Assembly: GCA_963796105.1 (NCBI GenBank)
Contig: CAWCKJ010000014.1
Span: 1-64,000 of the forward strand
Direction: 5' to 3'
Origin: a candidate division FCPU426 bacterium
GTDB taxonomy: Bacteria > Oederibacteriota > Muellerivitia > Muellerivitales > Muellerivitaceae
DNA length: 64,000 nt
Shown: piece after piece, positions 9,630 to 19,211 of the stretch
How positions within the stretch are numbered: position 1 is the stretch's first letter
Layout: each line of letters starts with the position of its first letter
Made by a program: the position numbers and the translations under genes
Notes under the pieces: model-generated
What the model saw: only the letters and a program-made list of their open reading frames with translations
What the model was told of the DNA's origin: nothing
The model's database searches: none

Positions 9630-9806
9630 ATGGTAAAAGAAGGAAAAAAGTCTCAGCAAAAACCATCTCTCGAAACGGTCCAGGAAGAAATCCGAAATAT
9701 TGCCGGGGAAATCTTTAAAAAGAGATCCGCATTCAACCAGCCCGGAGACGCACTATCAGACTGGCTGCAGGCCGAAAAAGAAATAAAGAAAAAATACGGA
9801 CTTTAA
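9630..9806 (+). CDS. DUF2934-like small protein
   Basis: Manual translation EEIRNIAGEIFKKR...PGDALSDWLQAEKEI; AAGGAG RBS. Confidence 0.7.
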   Translation: MVKEGKKSQQKPSLETVQEEIRNIAGEIFKKRSAFNQPGDALSDWLQAEKEIKKKYGL

Positions 9807-10152
9807 GTATTGGCTTTCAGTTCCTGAATCAATACCCAGGAATAATGCTTTAAGGAGTCCTCATCACTGAAACCGTTTACAAATTTTAAAAACAGTTGGA
9901 TTGTTCCCTAAGTTTTAAAGCTTTAACGAGAAAACACAACATCACCTCTCCGTTCTTTATTCACCCTTCCACCAAGATTGAAAAACAATTAAAAATCCAT
10001 TGATCGTTTCATCGGAATCCGCCCAATAAATGACTTAAATCATAAAAGAAATAGGACCCGGAAGGTTAAATGTTTTACTATATCGTCTAAAAGATGGTGG
10101 CAAAGCTTTGGTTAATTGTAATCCCATCAATGTTTCAAACATGGTCGTTTAA

Positions 10153-10575
10153 ATGCCGAAAGGGAAATTAAAACTTAGCAAGGAAAAGCGGCTTCTTCCA
10201 AGATTCGCTTTGGAAATCCCAGTCAAGTTTCGCGTGATGAACGAGCAAAAAGTAATCGAAAGTTTTTCGGAACGGCAAGAAAAAGAGAAAAGCGGAAAAA
10301 CAAAAGATGTGAGCCTGGGCGGCTTATATCTCGTGACAGACCATGAGATGAAAAAAGGCAACATCATTCAACTCGATTTGATGATCCCATGCCGCATGGG
10401 AACTCTGAAAACTTTCGCGAATGTGGCTTGGAACAACGAGTTGGGCGCAGGTTTGAAGTTATTGGCAATGCCGCATGATGAAAAAGAGTGCCTGAAGTGT
10501 TACATGGATAAACACTTTTCCAATAAGGTGATGTACCCATACAGTTGTCCGCTAACGCATAAAATTTTAACCTGA
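10153..10575 (+). CDS. PilZ domain protein
   Basis: RLLPR and DVSLGG motifs. Confidence 0.85.
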   Translation: MPKGKLKLSKEKRLLPRFALEIPVKFRVMNEQKVIESFSERQEKEKSGKTKDVSLGGLYLVTDHEMKKGNIIQLDLMIPCRMGTLKTFANVAWNNELGAGLKLLAMPHDEKECLKCYMDKHFSNKVMYPYSCPLTHKILT

Positions 10576-10583
10576 AGGCTCAT

Positions 10584-10955
10584 ATGCCGGAAGCTTTCCT
10601 ACTAAAAGAAAAACGGGTCCATCCAAGAATCTCCCTCAAAATCCCGCTTATCTACAGGGTGGTCGATGACCAGGAAGGAATTGATAGTCTTCAAAACCGG
10701 AAGAAGAAGGAAAAACTCCATCAAACGTTGGATATAAGCCTTGGAGGAATGTTCATATTGGCGGGCCAGGCGCTCAAGGACGGGAATATATTGAGCCTAG
10801 AAATCTTGATCCCCGGATCGTCGAAAAAATTAAATGCAACTGCTGAGGTGGTATGGACAAACGAAATGGGCGGCGGTATCAGGTTTCTGACTATTGGCGA
10901 GGAAGACATGAAATCTTTTAAATCTTTCCTTTCCAAGGCCTCTTCCAGCAGGTAA
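10584..10955 (+). CDS. PilZ domain protein
   Basis: RVHPR and DISLGG motifs. Confidence 0.85.
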   Translation: MPEAFLLKEKRVHPRISLKIPLIYRVVDDQEGIDSLQNRKKKEKLHQTLDISLGGMFILAGQALKDGNILSLEILIPGSSKKLNATAEVVWTNEMGGGIRFLTIGEEDMKSFKSFLSKASSSR

Positions 10956-10985
10956 CCCTAAAACAATGACGCTTCGGAGGGAGAT

Positions 10986-11354
10986 ATGCCAGAAGCCTAT
11001 ACATCGATTGAGAGACGGGGAAATCCCCGCGTTTCCATTAAGGTGCCCGTCAAGTACCGGTGGATTATAGGCGGGGAAAATATCAAGAATGTTGAGGAGT
11101 GGCGGGCAACAGAACAAAACGCTTACACCTTGGATATGAGTTTGGGGGGAATGTTTATTGCCGTAGAACAGCCTTTAAAGGTTGGAAATATCTTCAAATT
11201 TGATATTTTTCTGCTTGATATGAAAGATGTCGTGGCTTTATACGGCGAAGTGGTGCGTGTCGACAATAAGGGCGCTGGTCTTCAATTTCTCATGATGAGT
11301 AATGACTCTAGGGAAGCTTTACAGATCTTTTTGCTTAAAGCCGCCGCCAGTTAA
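10986..11354 (+). CDS. PilZ domain protein
   Basis: RGNPR and DMSLGG motifs. Confidence 0.85.
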   Translation: MPEAYTSIERRGNPRVSIKVPVKYRWIIGGENIKNVEEWRATEQNAYTLDMSLGGMFIAVEQPLKVGNIFKFDIFLLDMKDVVALYGEVVRVDNKGAGLQFLMMSNDSREALQIFLLKAAAS

Positions 11355-11384
11355 TTTTTAAAAGAACATAAAAGGAATAAAATT

Positions 11385-11609
11385 ATGAAAAAATCAGATC
11401 ATCAAATCATCCTTAAATTCGGCGAAAACGTCCGCAATATCCGCAAAAAGCACGGTTGGTCCCAGGAAAAGTTGGGCAACCAGTCAGGTTTGGCGGCCAA
11501 CTTTATTGGTTTTGTCGAAAGAGGTGAAAGAAGTATCACTCTTAAAAATGTTGTTAAAATCCACAAGGCTTTGGCCTGCGCTATCAACAAACTCTTTGAG
11601 GGAATTTAA
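11385..11609 (+). CDS. XRE-family HTH regulator (C-protein-like)
   Basis: FGENVRNIRKKHGWSQEKL...VERGERSITL; paralog of 49650-49880. Confidence 0.85.
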   Translation: MKKSDHQIILKFGENVRNIRKKHGWSQEKLGNQSGLAANFIGFVERGERSITLKNVVKIHKALACAINKLFEGI

Positions 11610-11706
11610 AGAAAGTATTTTCACGATGGACTTCTCTATTTCCATTAGAAATCGCCCGAATAAACTTGATAAGAATTGTTATTGAATAAATCCTCATCAA
11701 ACGGCG

Positions 11707-12246
11707 TCAAAACCTATTTGCGTTGATCCACTTCTGGATTTCATCTTCGACAGAAAAGGTTTGGAAAGGATCCTTGACGAAGTTCTCGTCCAATAAATAA
11801 GCATTGGTCTCAAGCGGGATGCTCTCGTATTTACCCATTTTCAACAACCCTCGGACGTATTTATTGGCGAACTGCTTATAACCCAGCTTTTGGTACTGAA
11901 CCACATGGACCAGTTCGTGAAAAACAATCCTGGACTCAAATTCTCCAAAATATACGACGACATCCAGGAAAGTGATAGCCCTCAAGTTGGCAATCGAAAA
12001 TTCCACGCCTTTCCGGTTCAATTCCTCCAGGAAAGCCGGACTTTCCAACGGCCCGTCCTTTTTTTGAAAAAACAAGGTGTGTTTCAGGATAAAGTCGTTG
12101 AAATAGGGACGGAAAGGTTTCAGTTGATCGGGTGGTAAAGGAACCCCGTAAGGAGCGTAGGCCTCCTTTTGGGACTTGATGAAGTCGGCTGTCAGGCCTG
12201 CGTAACGGATGATTTCATGCTCGGAAAAACTGCTTGTGAACATCAT
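11707..12246 (-). CDS. HExxH putative metallopeptidase (DUF4157-like)
   Basis: AITF...FHELVHVVQY...PLETNAY. Confidence 0.6.
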   Translation of the reverse strand: MMFTSSFSEHEIIRYAGLTADFIKSQKEAYAPYGVPLPPDQLKPFRPYFNDFILKHTLFFQKKDGPLESPAFLEELNRKGVEFSIANLRAITFLDVVVYFGEFESRIVFHELVHVVQYQKLGYKQFANKYVRGLLKMGKYESIPLETNAYLLDENFVKDPFQTFSVEDEIQKWINANRF

Positions 12247-12366
12247 TGGAACTCCAATTATTTAAACAACAAATCTTAACGGCATTTTGACATGAATTTC
12301 ATACGGGAAAAGATCTCCACACAATACCGGACATTTCATGCCCTTTTGATTTTCGCTGAAAAAGAA

Positions 12367-12394
12367 AAGGGCCGTGATAATCTCACGGCCCTTG
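12367..12394 (-). terminator. intrinsic terminator
   Basis: AAGGGCCGTGA..TCACGGCCCTT hairpin next to an A-tract. Confidence 0.6.
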
Positions 12395-12416
12395 ATTACG
12401 GTTTGGTATTTTCTGA

Positions 12417-12641
12417 TTAAGCCGCGAACCGCAGGATTTCCACCTCTGCGCCCTTTTTCACGGCTTCTTCAGCCAGGGCCATTACTCGGCGGGTGATTTT
12501 CTCGGAAAAGTAATCTTCCCCGCAGTTATTACAGATTTCAGCGGGAACTTCCTTGATAATGACTGTGGTTTTACCACGTTGCAAGGTGGTTGTTGCCTTG
12601 CCGGAATGAGTTTCACCGTGTTTGCAAATAGCGCATTTCAT
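12417..12641 (-). CDS. YgiT-type zinc finger (MqsA-like antitoxin), orphan
   Basis: MKCAIC...VPAEICNNCGE; no intact toxin upstream. Confidence 0.85.
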   Translation of the reverse strand: MKCAICKHGETHSGKATTTLQRGKTTVIIKEVPAEICNNCGEDYFSEKITRRVMALAEEAVKKGAEVEILRFAA

Positions 12642-12908
12642 AATCTTCTCCTTTTGAAAAGAGAACTTGGCGGCATTCCATAGAACGTGAGCCTATTATA
12701 GCGCGGGATAAAAGTAAAGGCACAAGAGCAGCAAAAGGCAAGGTATCTAAGGCTACATTCCACTAAACCTATATAGACGTCTCGTTTTTTGAGGGACAGG
12801 AAAAATAAATCCTTAAGTTCCGTGTTTTTTCCGCCTCGGGCGGCCGGGTCTTGGCCTTGGGGTTTTGATACAATAAAGGCAGGTAGACAAAGGGGAAGAG
12901 GTGATCCG

Positions 12909-13127
12909 ATGAAGACATTTACAGCCTATGTGGAATTTGACGAGGAAACCAAGCAGTACATGGGAGTGGTACCGGGTATAGCCGGCGCCCACAGCCAGGG
13001 AAAAACCCTGGACGAACTGCAGAAGAACATGCGGGAAGTCTTGGAATTGTGCCTGGAAGAGAACAAGGGAGCTTACTCCGATATGCCGCACTTCGTTGAA
13101 TTACAGCAGATTGAGGTTGGTGTTTGA
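12909..13127 (+). CDS. hicB: HicB-family antitoxin
   Basis: VPGIAGAHSQGKTLDEL..NMREVLELCLE. Confidence 0.85.
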   Translation: MKTFTAYVEFDEETKQYMGVVPGIAGAHSQGKTLDELQKNMREVLELCLEENKGAYSDMPHFVELQQIEVGV

Positions 13128-13165
13128 GCAAACTGCCCATCGTTCCTTTCCGCATTCTCAAAATC
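13124..13165 (+). pseudogene. hicA N-terminal remnant
   Basis: TTG overlapping the hicB stop reads MSKLPIVPFRIL, then similarity is lost. Confidence 0.45.
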
Positions 13166-13239
13166 CATACCCGTCAAATAGCCTTTATTTCACCCTTTTT
13201 TGTCGTTTCCGAAGATTCACGGGTGGATATAATCGGTCT

Positions 13240-13494
13240 ATGAAACCTATTTCATTTGACAGCCACACGCGCTCAAGGATGGCTTTGCGGGGGGCCAGTG
13301 AAGAAGAAGCAGTGACGGCTATACGGGAGGCTAAATGGGAAGGAGCCAAGAAAAACCGGCTTCAATGCAGGAAAAGCTTCCCCTATAGGAAACAGTGGAA
13401 CGGAAAGACGTATAATACAAAACAGGTAAAGGTCATTTTCGAGGAACTGGAAAACGAGATTATTGTGGACACTGTTTACGTTTTTTACTTTTGA
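13240..13494 (+). CDS. DUF4258 family (RelE-like) toxin
   Basis: SHTRSRMALRG.SEEE...IIVDTVY; paired with DUF2283. Confidence 0.7.
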   Translation: MKPISFDSHTRSRMALRGASEEEAVTAIREAKWEGAKKNRLQCRKSFPYRKQWNGKTYNTKQVKVIFEELENEIIVDTVYVFYF

Positions 13495-13505
13495 GGGGGG
13501 CAGAG

Positions 13506-13724
13506 ATGAAAGTCACATACAACAAACAAACGGACGTGCTGTACATCGGCTTCCAGGATACGACCGTCACCACCAAGGAATTGGAGGACGGACTGGCCGT
13601 GGATTACGCCCAGGATGGAACTGTGGCCGGGATTGAATTACTGGACGCCCAAGACCATATCGGGCATTTGGACGAGGTGTTGAAGAAGGTAGTGTTGGAA
13701 CAAGTCACGGTAGCGATGGCGTAA
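13506..13724 (+). CDS. DUF2283 family antitoxin
   Basis: MKVTY...DVLYI...VDY..DG.VAGIELLDA. Confidence 0.85.
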   Translation: MKVTYNKQTDVLYIGFQDTTVTTKELEDGLAVDYAQDGTVAGIELLDAQDHIGHLDEVLKKVVLEQVTVAMA

Positions 13725-13848
13725 AAACTCAAAGCTAAAGACATGGTGGTTAAGGCTATGCCACCCCATCCCCCACCTTGGTTACCCCCTTTGGAATCCC
13801 CTCTCCGAGTTTTTCCACCCCGGCCGGCCGCGGGTCTTTCCGTCCTTG

Positions 13849-14028
13849 CTAAAACCTGTTTTCATTGAGGTAACGGCGAACTTCTTGGAGGATGTTAGGC
13901 CCAGTCACGTGGGAAAAATCCCGGTCATAAAGATAGTCAATGAGGTTGGATGGGATTCCGCCGAAAGCAAAAGCCGAGATAATGACGTTGGCATCCAGGC
14001 AGACAATGGGAAGGTCTTTATTCGGCAA
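13849..14028 (-). pseudogene. PIN-domain toxin, truncated at 59 aa
   Basis: Manual translation MPNKDLPIVCLDANVIISAFAFGG...ILQEVRRYL; overlaps the antitoxin stop. Confidence 0.65.
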
Positions 14029-14254
14029 AAGGGCCGCCGAAGTCTTTCGGGGTCAACTTCTTTCTTTTAACGTATTTCTGGGTTTTTACGGCTAATTCGT
14101 GGAATTCCTTTTTAGCCTGGTAGCGATTGAAGGTTTCCAGGAGAAGCTCACTGACAGAACGATGCTCTTTTTTTGCCATAGCCTTAATTTCCTCGCCAGC
14201 AACCGATGGAAGCGAGAAGGTTATGGCTTTTGGTAGTTTCACAAGTGTCTTCAT
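14018..14254 (-). CDS. CopG/RHH antitoxin
   Basis: ITFSLP....EEIKAMAKKEHRSVSELL. Confidence 0.8.
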   Translation of the reverse strand: MKTLVKLPKAITFSLPSVAGEEIKAMAKKEHRSVSELLLETFNRYQAKKEFHELAVKTQKYVKRKKLTPKDFGGPFAE

Positions 14255-14433
14255 GTAAACCCCTTCCAAAAAATTCTTGTAAATATCTTATAAAGCTGGG
14301 AAGAAAGATACAAGGAGAAGGATCAAATAGCATCACCAATGAATCAAAAGGCCGGCCACCAGCCGGCAACCCTTTTAAAAATTCCGAATAAACTCTTCTG
14401 CAGGATACCTCTGCCCATGGCCCTTCTTTTCTT

Positions 14434-14649
14434 CTAAAGACCTTGGATCAAATCCTCCAACCGGCAACCAAGGGCATCGGCTATTTTCTTACCCGTCCGC
14501 AACGTAACGCTTTTTTTGCCACGTTCCAAAAGACCAATATAGGTTTGAGTCAGCCCGGCCAATTCCCCGAGTACCTTTTGCGTGAGTTTCTTGGTTAACC
14601 GTCTTTTTTTTAAGTTGTGGCCAAATATGGCATAAGTGGTGTCTTTCAC
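14434..14649 (-). CDS. XRE-family HTH regulator
   Basis: FGHNLKKRR...LTQKVLGELAGLTQTYIGLLERG; upstream palindrome TAGTAACTATAGTTACTA (14683-14700). Confidence 0.85.
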   Translation of the reverse strand: MKDTTYAIFGHNLKKRRLTKKLTQKVLGELAGLTQTYIGLLERGKKSVTLRTGKKIADALGCRLEDLIQGL

Positions 14650-15175
14650 ATTGACAAGATTAATTCCAAGGTGTAGTTATCGTAGTAACTATAGTTACTA
14701 TTCTAAATTAGCGGTTTTATTGGTGAATTAGTGTTCCAACCGCCTTTTGGGTGCATTCTATGGATCGCCTATTCGAGATAGGGTCTATCGTGGACGATTG
14801 TCTGACAACAGATACACTTGCGGGGGAGGATTAAACCGCCTTTAACAGACGGGGAAGTGCTTTTTGTTTGCCGCCGGATCGAGATTTTTCTAATAGCCCG
14901 TGGCTTTTCGGTAAATATGACCCTTTAATCCTTTAATTCCTGCCGTACCTTAACTTCGTTTAAAAAATCCTTAGTAATTCACACGATAATTGTTCAAAAC
15001 CATAATTTGAAATTTCGCCTTATTGTCTGAACGCTAAATGCTTAACGAGCAATGATCAATTTCCCTGTCTTCTTTTCTGTCCCGCCATGGTTACACATTC
15101 TCAGGTTCAGGTGCACCAACCTGGAACACGGGTAATGACACAACGATTATTAATGCTAATTTTTAGGGGGTTAAA

Positions 15176-15955
15176 ATGAAGTTTTTAAACTTCTCAATCA
15201 TTTTTTGCTTGTTTTTGATCGGGTGCGATGGAAAACAGGGTTCACCCGGCCCCCAGGGACCGCAAGGAAACCCTGGCCCTACAAGCTTTGAAATAACATT
15301 CCAAGACGGGATTTTCCCCACCTCTACTTATGGCGGAACAACCAATACCTGGGTTGATGCCGCTAATCCCACGATAACACACTCAGGCGCGACCTCTTTG
15401 AGAGTGGCTATGGGGCCTAATCCAGCAAACTCAGTCTCATCTACTTACGGCCGGGCCTTAATTAAATTCAATATTTCTACAATGCCCCAAAACGCAACTG
15501 TTTTAAAAGCCGCCTTGTTTCTTACAACCCAAACAACAACAAGTATTTCAAGTGGTGTCACTTATTTAATCGGTGTGAATGACATGGATGTGCCTTTAAT
15601 GATTTCCGGTGGATGTACTTGGAACCTTGGGGCGAATTGGAATTTTTATAACGGATCTGGCTCATGGAGTACTTGCAATTTTGGAGGTGTGGGTTTTGTT
15701 AGAGGTTATCACTTTGTCTCAACCCCAATGGACTCTGTTACCTTCACCACTTCAGCTAGCGGTCAGACAAAAGTTTACGCGTGGAACCTTACCCCCTCGG
15801 TTGTCCAAGCCTGGATCACCGGAGTTAATGACGGGATTGTAATCACCAGCAACAGCGACGCAGGAGAACCAACCGGAAACATTGATTTTTATCCTAACAC
15901 TGATGCAACAGCCTCATATCACCCTCAATTGGTTGTCTCTTATTCAATCCCATAA
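15176..15955 (+). CDS. lipoprotein with short collagen repeat and DNRLRE-like beta domain
   Basis: Lipobox LIGC, GxPGPQGPQG, RALIKF...P.NATV..A.L, PQLVVSY. Confidence 0.7.
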   Translation: MKFLNFSIIFCLFLIGCDGKQGSPGPQGPQGNPGPTSFEITFQDGIFPTSTYGGTTNTWVDAANPTITHSGATSLRVAMGPNPANSVSSTYGRALIKFNISTMPQNATVLKAALFLTTQTTTSISSGVTYLIGVNDMDVPLMISGGCTWNLGANWNFYNGSGSWSTCNFGGVGFVRGYHFVSTPMDSVTFTTSASGQTKVYAWNLTPSVVQAWITGVNDGIVITSNSDAGEPTGNIDFYPNTDATASYHPQLVVSYSIP

Positions 15956-15966
15956 AGGAGTATATT

Positions 15967-17250
15967 TTGAAAAGGAATATATTTTTTTCAGTCATATTGG
16001 GTATTTTTATAATTTTCCCAGGTTTTGTTTTATCCCAACAAACGCCAACTGTTAATCCGGCCCCACAAACAACAACGACGCCTAAAAAGAAGACCAAAAA
16101 GAATTTAAAAGTAAAACCTACCGTCTCTCCCACGCCGACAGCCACCCCCCGGCCGAGATGGGTCCCTCCGCCGCCGATAGGGGACGATGATCGATTCTTG
16201 AAATATCAATTATTTTCCGCTTACCAAAACGACTTGAACGGCTCGTCTTTGGATACTTACGCGGACATCATTTTCCGCAGGAGGCTGGACCAGTACGACA
16301 CCAGCGCAGAAGGGGATATCAGGGTGGGAAAAAGCTTTTCCAATTCCGACACGGCCCAAACTTTGGAAATTATGACCGGGAAAATATCCTATTCCCCGCC
16401 CTTTCTCACCTTTACGGTGGGACGACTGAACATGGGTGAATCCCTTAGCCCGATGCAGTTTTTCGGGAATTACTCCACTATGGGTATCACCAGGGCGGAT
16501 GGCATTGAAGTAACCCTTCCTATTTCAGTCAGTTTGGGCGTCCAGGATTTAGAGAAGATCGAATCCACTTCCACGGCCTTGAGCTTTTACTACTTTCCCA
16601 GTCTTTTATCGGCCCAATATGTCAATTACGACACTTCCCAATCTTTCCTATTGGGCCAGTTGAGGATCGCGGCCTCTATCTTCAATATGCCTTTCGTCTT
16701 CCGTTTCAACGGGGCAGGGACCTCCACCAATTACTTTAACTACTCCTCTTTAAGCGGAAATATGGCCTATGACGGGGCGGTTGAGTGTACTTTCGCCCCT
16801 GATTTCAACCTTTACGGCGAATTCGGCGACCAAAATTCCAACCTATTCTCCGAAACTGACGTTGTCGCTATCGGCTTAAAGGCCCGGAAGATATACACCT
16901 TTGGCGCAATTTCCATCGACCAGGCCGCCATCGAAATGCAGTTACCCTTGAATAATTCCGAAAAAAACATCTTCGTCGGTGGCAACCAGTTCTCCCCAAG
17001 TTTGGCGACTACTCCCCAGGAATCCTTTTTTGGCCATGTGAAAGCCCGGATTTCAGCCGTTAATATCCTCTTTTCCATCACCAACACCCCCGGCGATTTC
17101 ACTTTCGCGCGGGTGCTGTCCAACAATTCCGCCTTCCCGCTTTCCAATCCCATAGGATTGGCCAACCAGGTTCCCATCCTTGAGCTCCCGTTGGTTTCCA
17201 AGGGTTATGACAATTGGGCCTACAGCCTGGCCTGCGAGGTCGAGTTTTGA
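15967..17250 (+). CDS. probable outer-membrane beta-barrel protein
   Basis: Signal peptide, Pro/Thr linker, alternating beta strands, C-terminal Phe. Confidence 0.55.
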   Translation: MKRNIFFSVILGIFIIFPGFVLSQQTPTVNPAPQTTTTPKKKTKKNLKVKPTVSPTPTATPRPRWVPPPPIGDDDRFLKYQLFSAYQNDLNGSSLDTYADIIFRRRLDQYDTSAEGDIRVGKSFSNSDTAQTLEIMTGKISYSPPFLTFTVGRLNMGESLSPMQFFGNYSTMGITRADGIEVTLPISVSLGVQDLEKIESTSTALSFYYFPSLLSAQYVNYDTSQSFLLGQLRIAASIFNMPFVFRFNGAGTSTNYFNYSSLSGNMAYDGAVECTFAPDFNLYGEFGDQNSNLFSETDVVAIGLKARKIYTFGAISIDQAAIEMQLPLNNSEKNIFVGGNQFSPSLATTPQESFFGHVKARISAVNILFSITNTPGDFTFARVLSNNSAFPLSNPIGLANQVPILELPLVSKGYDNWAYSLACEVEF

Positions 17251-17765
17251 GATATGCGCCTTTTATTTTATTTTTTGCTGTTTCCACCACCGCCGCCTCA
17301 ACGGACTTTCCGTCCTTTTTCCAATTCCACGCGGACATGTTCAATGAGGTTTCACGGCGTTACAACGACCGGGAGGATTACAAAATCAAACCCTTGCCCG
17401 GGCAGAGCATAGCCCGGAGGGCTTCTAACAGGCAAAAGGGGGTCGGCAAAACCGGATCGGACGCATCCAGCGTCCCCCCGCCCGTGACCCAGGTTTTCAA
17501 ATCTAAATCCGCCTGGTCGGAAATGACCGCAACCATGACCAACTACCACACCCACTTTATCTTAAAGGTCGTATCCACGGCGGCCGCCGAGAAATGGATC
17601 CTTGAGAAGGACGACGCGGACAAAACGGTGATCGCCCAGGGCGGATTAAACGACCAGAACAGCTTCGTCGTGGACCAGCCTAGTGAATTCACGCCGGGAA
17701 TGAATCTACGAATCATGGTGATCGTGGACGGGGAGCAGTACCCCTCGATCCTGCCCTTGAAATAG
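17214..17765 (+). CDS. hypothetical secreted protein (start uncertain)
   Basis: Signal-like FILFFAVSTTAAS; in operon. Confidence 0.55.
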   Translation: MGLQPGLRGRVLRYAPFILFFAVSTTAASTDFPSFFQFHADMFNEVSRRYNDREDYKIKPLPGQSIARRASNRQKGVGKTGSDASSVPPPVTQVFKSKSAWSEMTATMTNYHTHFILKVVSTAAAEKWILEKDDADKTVIAQGGLNDQNSFVVDQPSEFTPGMNLRIMVIVDGEQYPSILPLK

Positions 17766-17775
17766 GAGACTCTTA

Positions 17776-18630
17776 ATGAAATTCAAAACCTTTATCGCTT
17801 TGGCAATTTTTCTTTCGCCCCTTTCCGCCATCTCCGGGCCGTGCGCGGACGAGTTTTCTTCATTCAGCAAGTACCTACAGGATAAATTCGCTCAATTCAA
17901 GGCGGACCCGCAATTGGGTTATGTCCGTTACGGCTCACCCGCCATTGCGGCCAGGTATGCCGGCAGGTCATCCAGGATGAATTACAACTTGAACCAGTTT
18001 CCGGAAGGGGATTCCCGCAACTACGTCAAAGGCCAGATCATCCAGCAAATGGGGACTTTGGCCCAAGCCTTGGCGCAAACAGCCGGAACGGCCTTGGCGT
18101 TCGACAACGCGAACCAATTGCGGCAGCAAGCCACCCAGCTTAACGCCTCAGGCGATCCCCAACTTCAACAAATAGGCTCGGAAATGAACCAGGAAGCCAC
18201 GGCTGTCGAGCAAGGGGACAGGGACCAGGCCGGGCAAATCGCAAACCAAATTTCCTCAACGCCTATGCCTTATGTTTCGCCGAGTTACACGCCGGGCCAG
18301 CAGGAATCCGTTTTTGCCCAAGCTTTAAATACCGCTGTTTCGGGCATGGCCGTAGCGGCATTGGGAGCTTTGTCCAATGTCGCGGCCGCGAAGTTGCTTA
18401 CTTCTTTAGGGCTTGGAAGTTTGGGTATGGGTGGTGTTTTAAGCACCGGGGCGATGGGCTTGGCCAACGGACAATCGGGCGGGTCGGTGGCCAACAACAC
18501 GGGGGCCGCGGCCGCGTATAACGCGTCCGGCCAGGCCACTAATTACACAAATACGAAAATAAACACATTGACCGCACCTTCCGGCCAACCGGCAGGGAAT
18601 AGCGGTTCATTGCCGAGCGCAGGTCAATAA
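17776..18630 (+). CDS. secreted Gln/Gly/Ala-rich protein, possibly T4SS-associated
   Basis: Signal peptide, AGGAG RBS, directly upstream of the T4SS genes. Confidence 0.6.
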   Translation: MKFKTFIALAIFLSPLSAISGPCADEFSSFSKYLQDKFAQFKADPQLGYVRYGSPAIAARYAGRSSRMNYNLNQFPEGDSRNYVKGQIIQQMGTLAQALAQTAGTALAFDNANQLRQQATQLNASGDPQLQQIGSEMNQEATAVEQGDRDQAGQIANQISSTPMPYVSPSYTPGQQESVFAQALNTAVSGMAVAALGALSNVAAAKLLTSLGLGSLGMGGVLSTGAMGLANGQSGGSVANNTGAAAAYNASGQATNYTNTKINTLTAPSGQPAGNSGSLPSAGQ

Positions 18631-18635
18631 AATAG

Positions 18636-18850
18636 CAGGCTGCAAAAAAATATAAATAGGCACACATACCACTTTTCTTAATTTCATGAATCATTTGGAA
18701 AGTGGCATAGCACCGATTTCATCATGATTTTGAAAATATGAGAATCGGCGCAAAGCAGCCTTCGACCCCAAAGATTCCGCAGGAATCGTGGGGATACCGC
18801 AAATGTCGTCAGGTGAAAAAGTCCGACTTAGGGACTTTTTCAGCAAGTTA
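18636..18850. mobile_element. MITE-like element, copy 1 (IS5/IS1182-like ends)
   Basis: CAGGCTGCAAAAAA...TTTTTCAGCAAGTT ends; last ~95 bp similar to 25988-26117. Confidence 0.55.
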
Positions 18851-18866
18851 TTAGAAAGGATCAAGG

Positions 18867-19208
18867 ATGAAACGGAACATTTTGATCGGTGGTTTCTTTG
18901 CTTCATTTTTACTCGGGACGGTTTCCCAATCCTGGGCGCTTGGAGTCCCGGGATTTCCGGCCTTAAACACCGCTTTTGGCATGTTGTCCGCGTTTTTTGT
19001 CGGAATTGTGGAAGCTTATTTGGTTATCCAACTCATTTTCCACATGGCTAAGATTCATAGCGGCCAGCCGGGCGAAAAAGAAAAGGTCATTTGGCTTATT
19101 TTTGCCATTTTCGCGGTCCCGTTCGTGCCTTCACTCGGGCAATACCTTTACGGCCTGTTTTTTTCGTCGGGAGCCACCCCTGCCACCAACGTTTGGAACG
19201 GCCAATAA
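18867..19208 (+). CDS. VirB2/TrbC-like pilin
   Basis: Signal peptide ending SWA, two TM helices with a charged loop; first gene of the T4SS block. Confidence 0.6.
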   Translation: MKRNILIGGFFASFLLGTVSQSWALGVPGFPALNTAFGMLSAFFVGIVEAYLVIQLIFHMAKIHSGQPGEKEKVIWLIFAIFAVPFVPSLGQYLYGLFFSSGATPATNVWNGQ

Positions 19209-19211
19209 CTC

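Noticed and set aside
14700..15175. c-di-GMP or other riboswitch upstream of the lipoprotein operon
   Set aside because: No recognisable conserved aptamer motifs by eye
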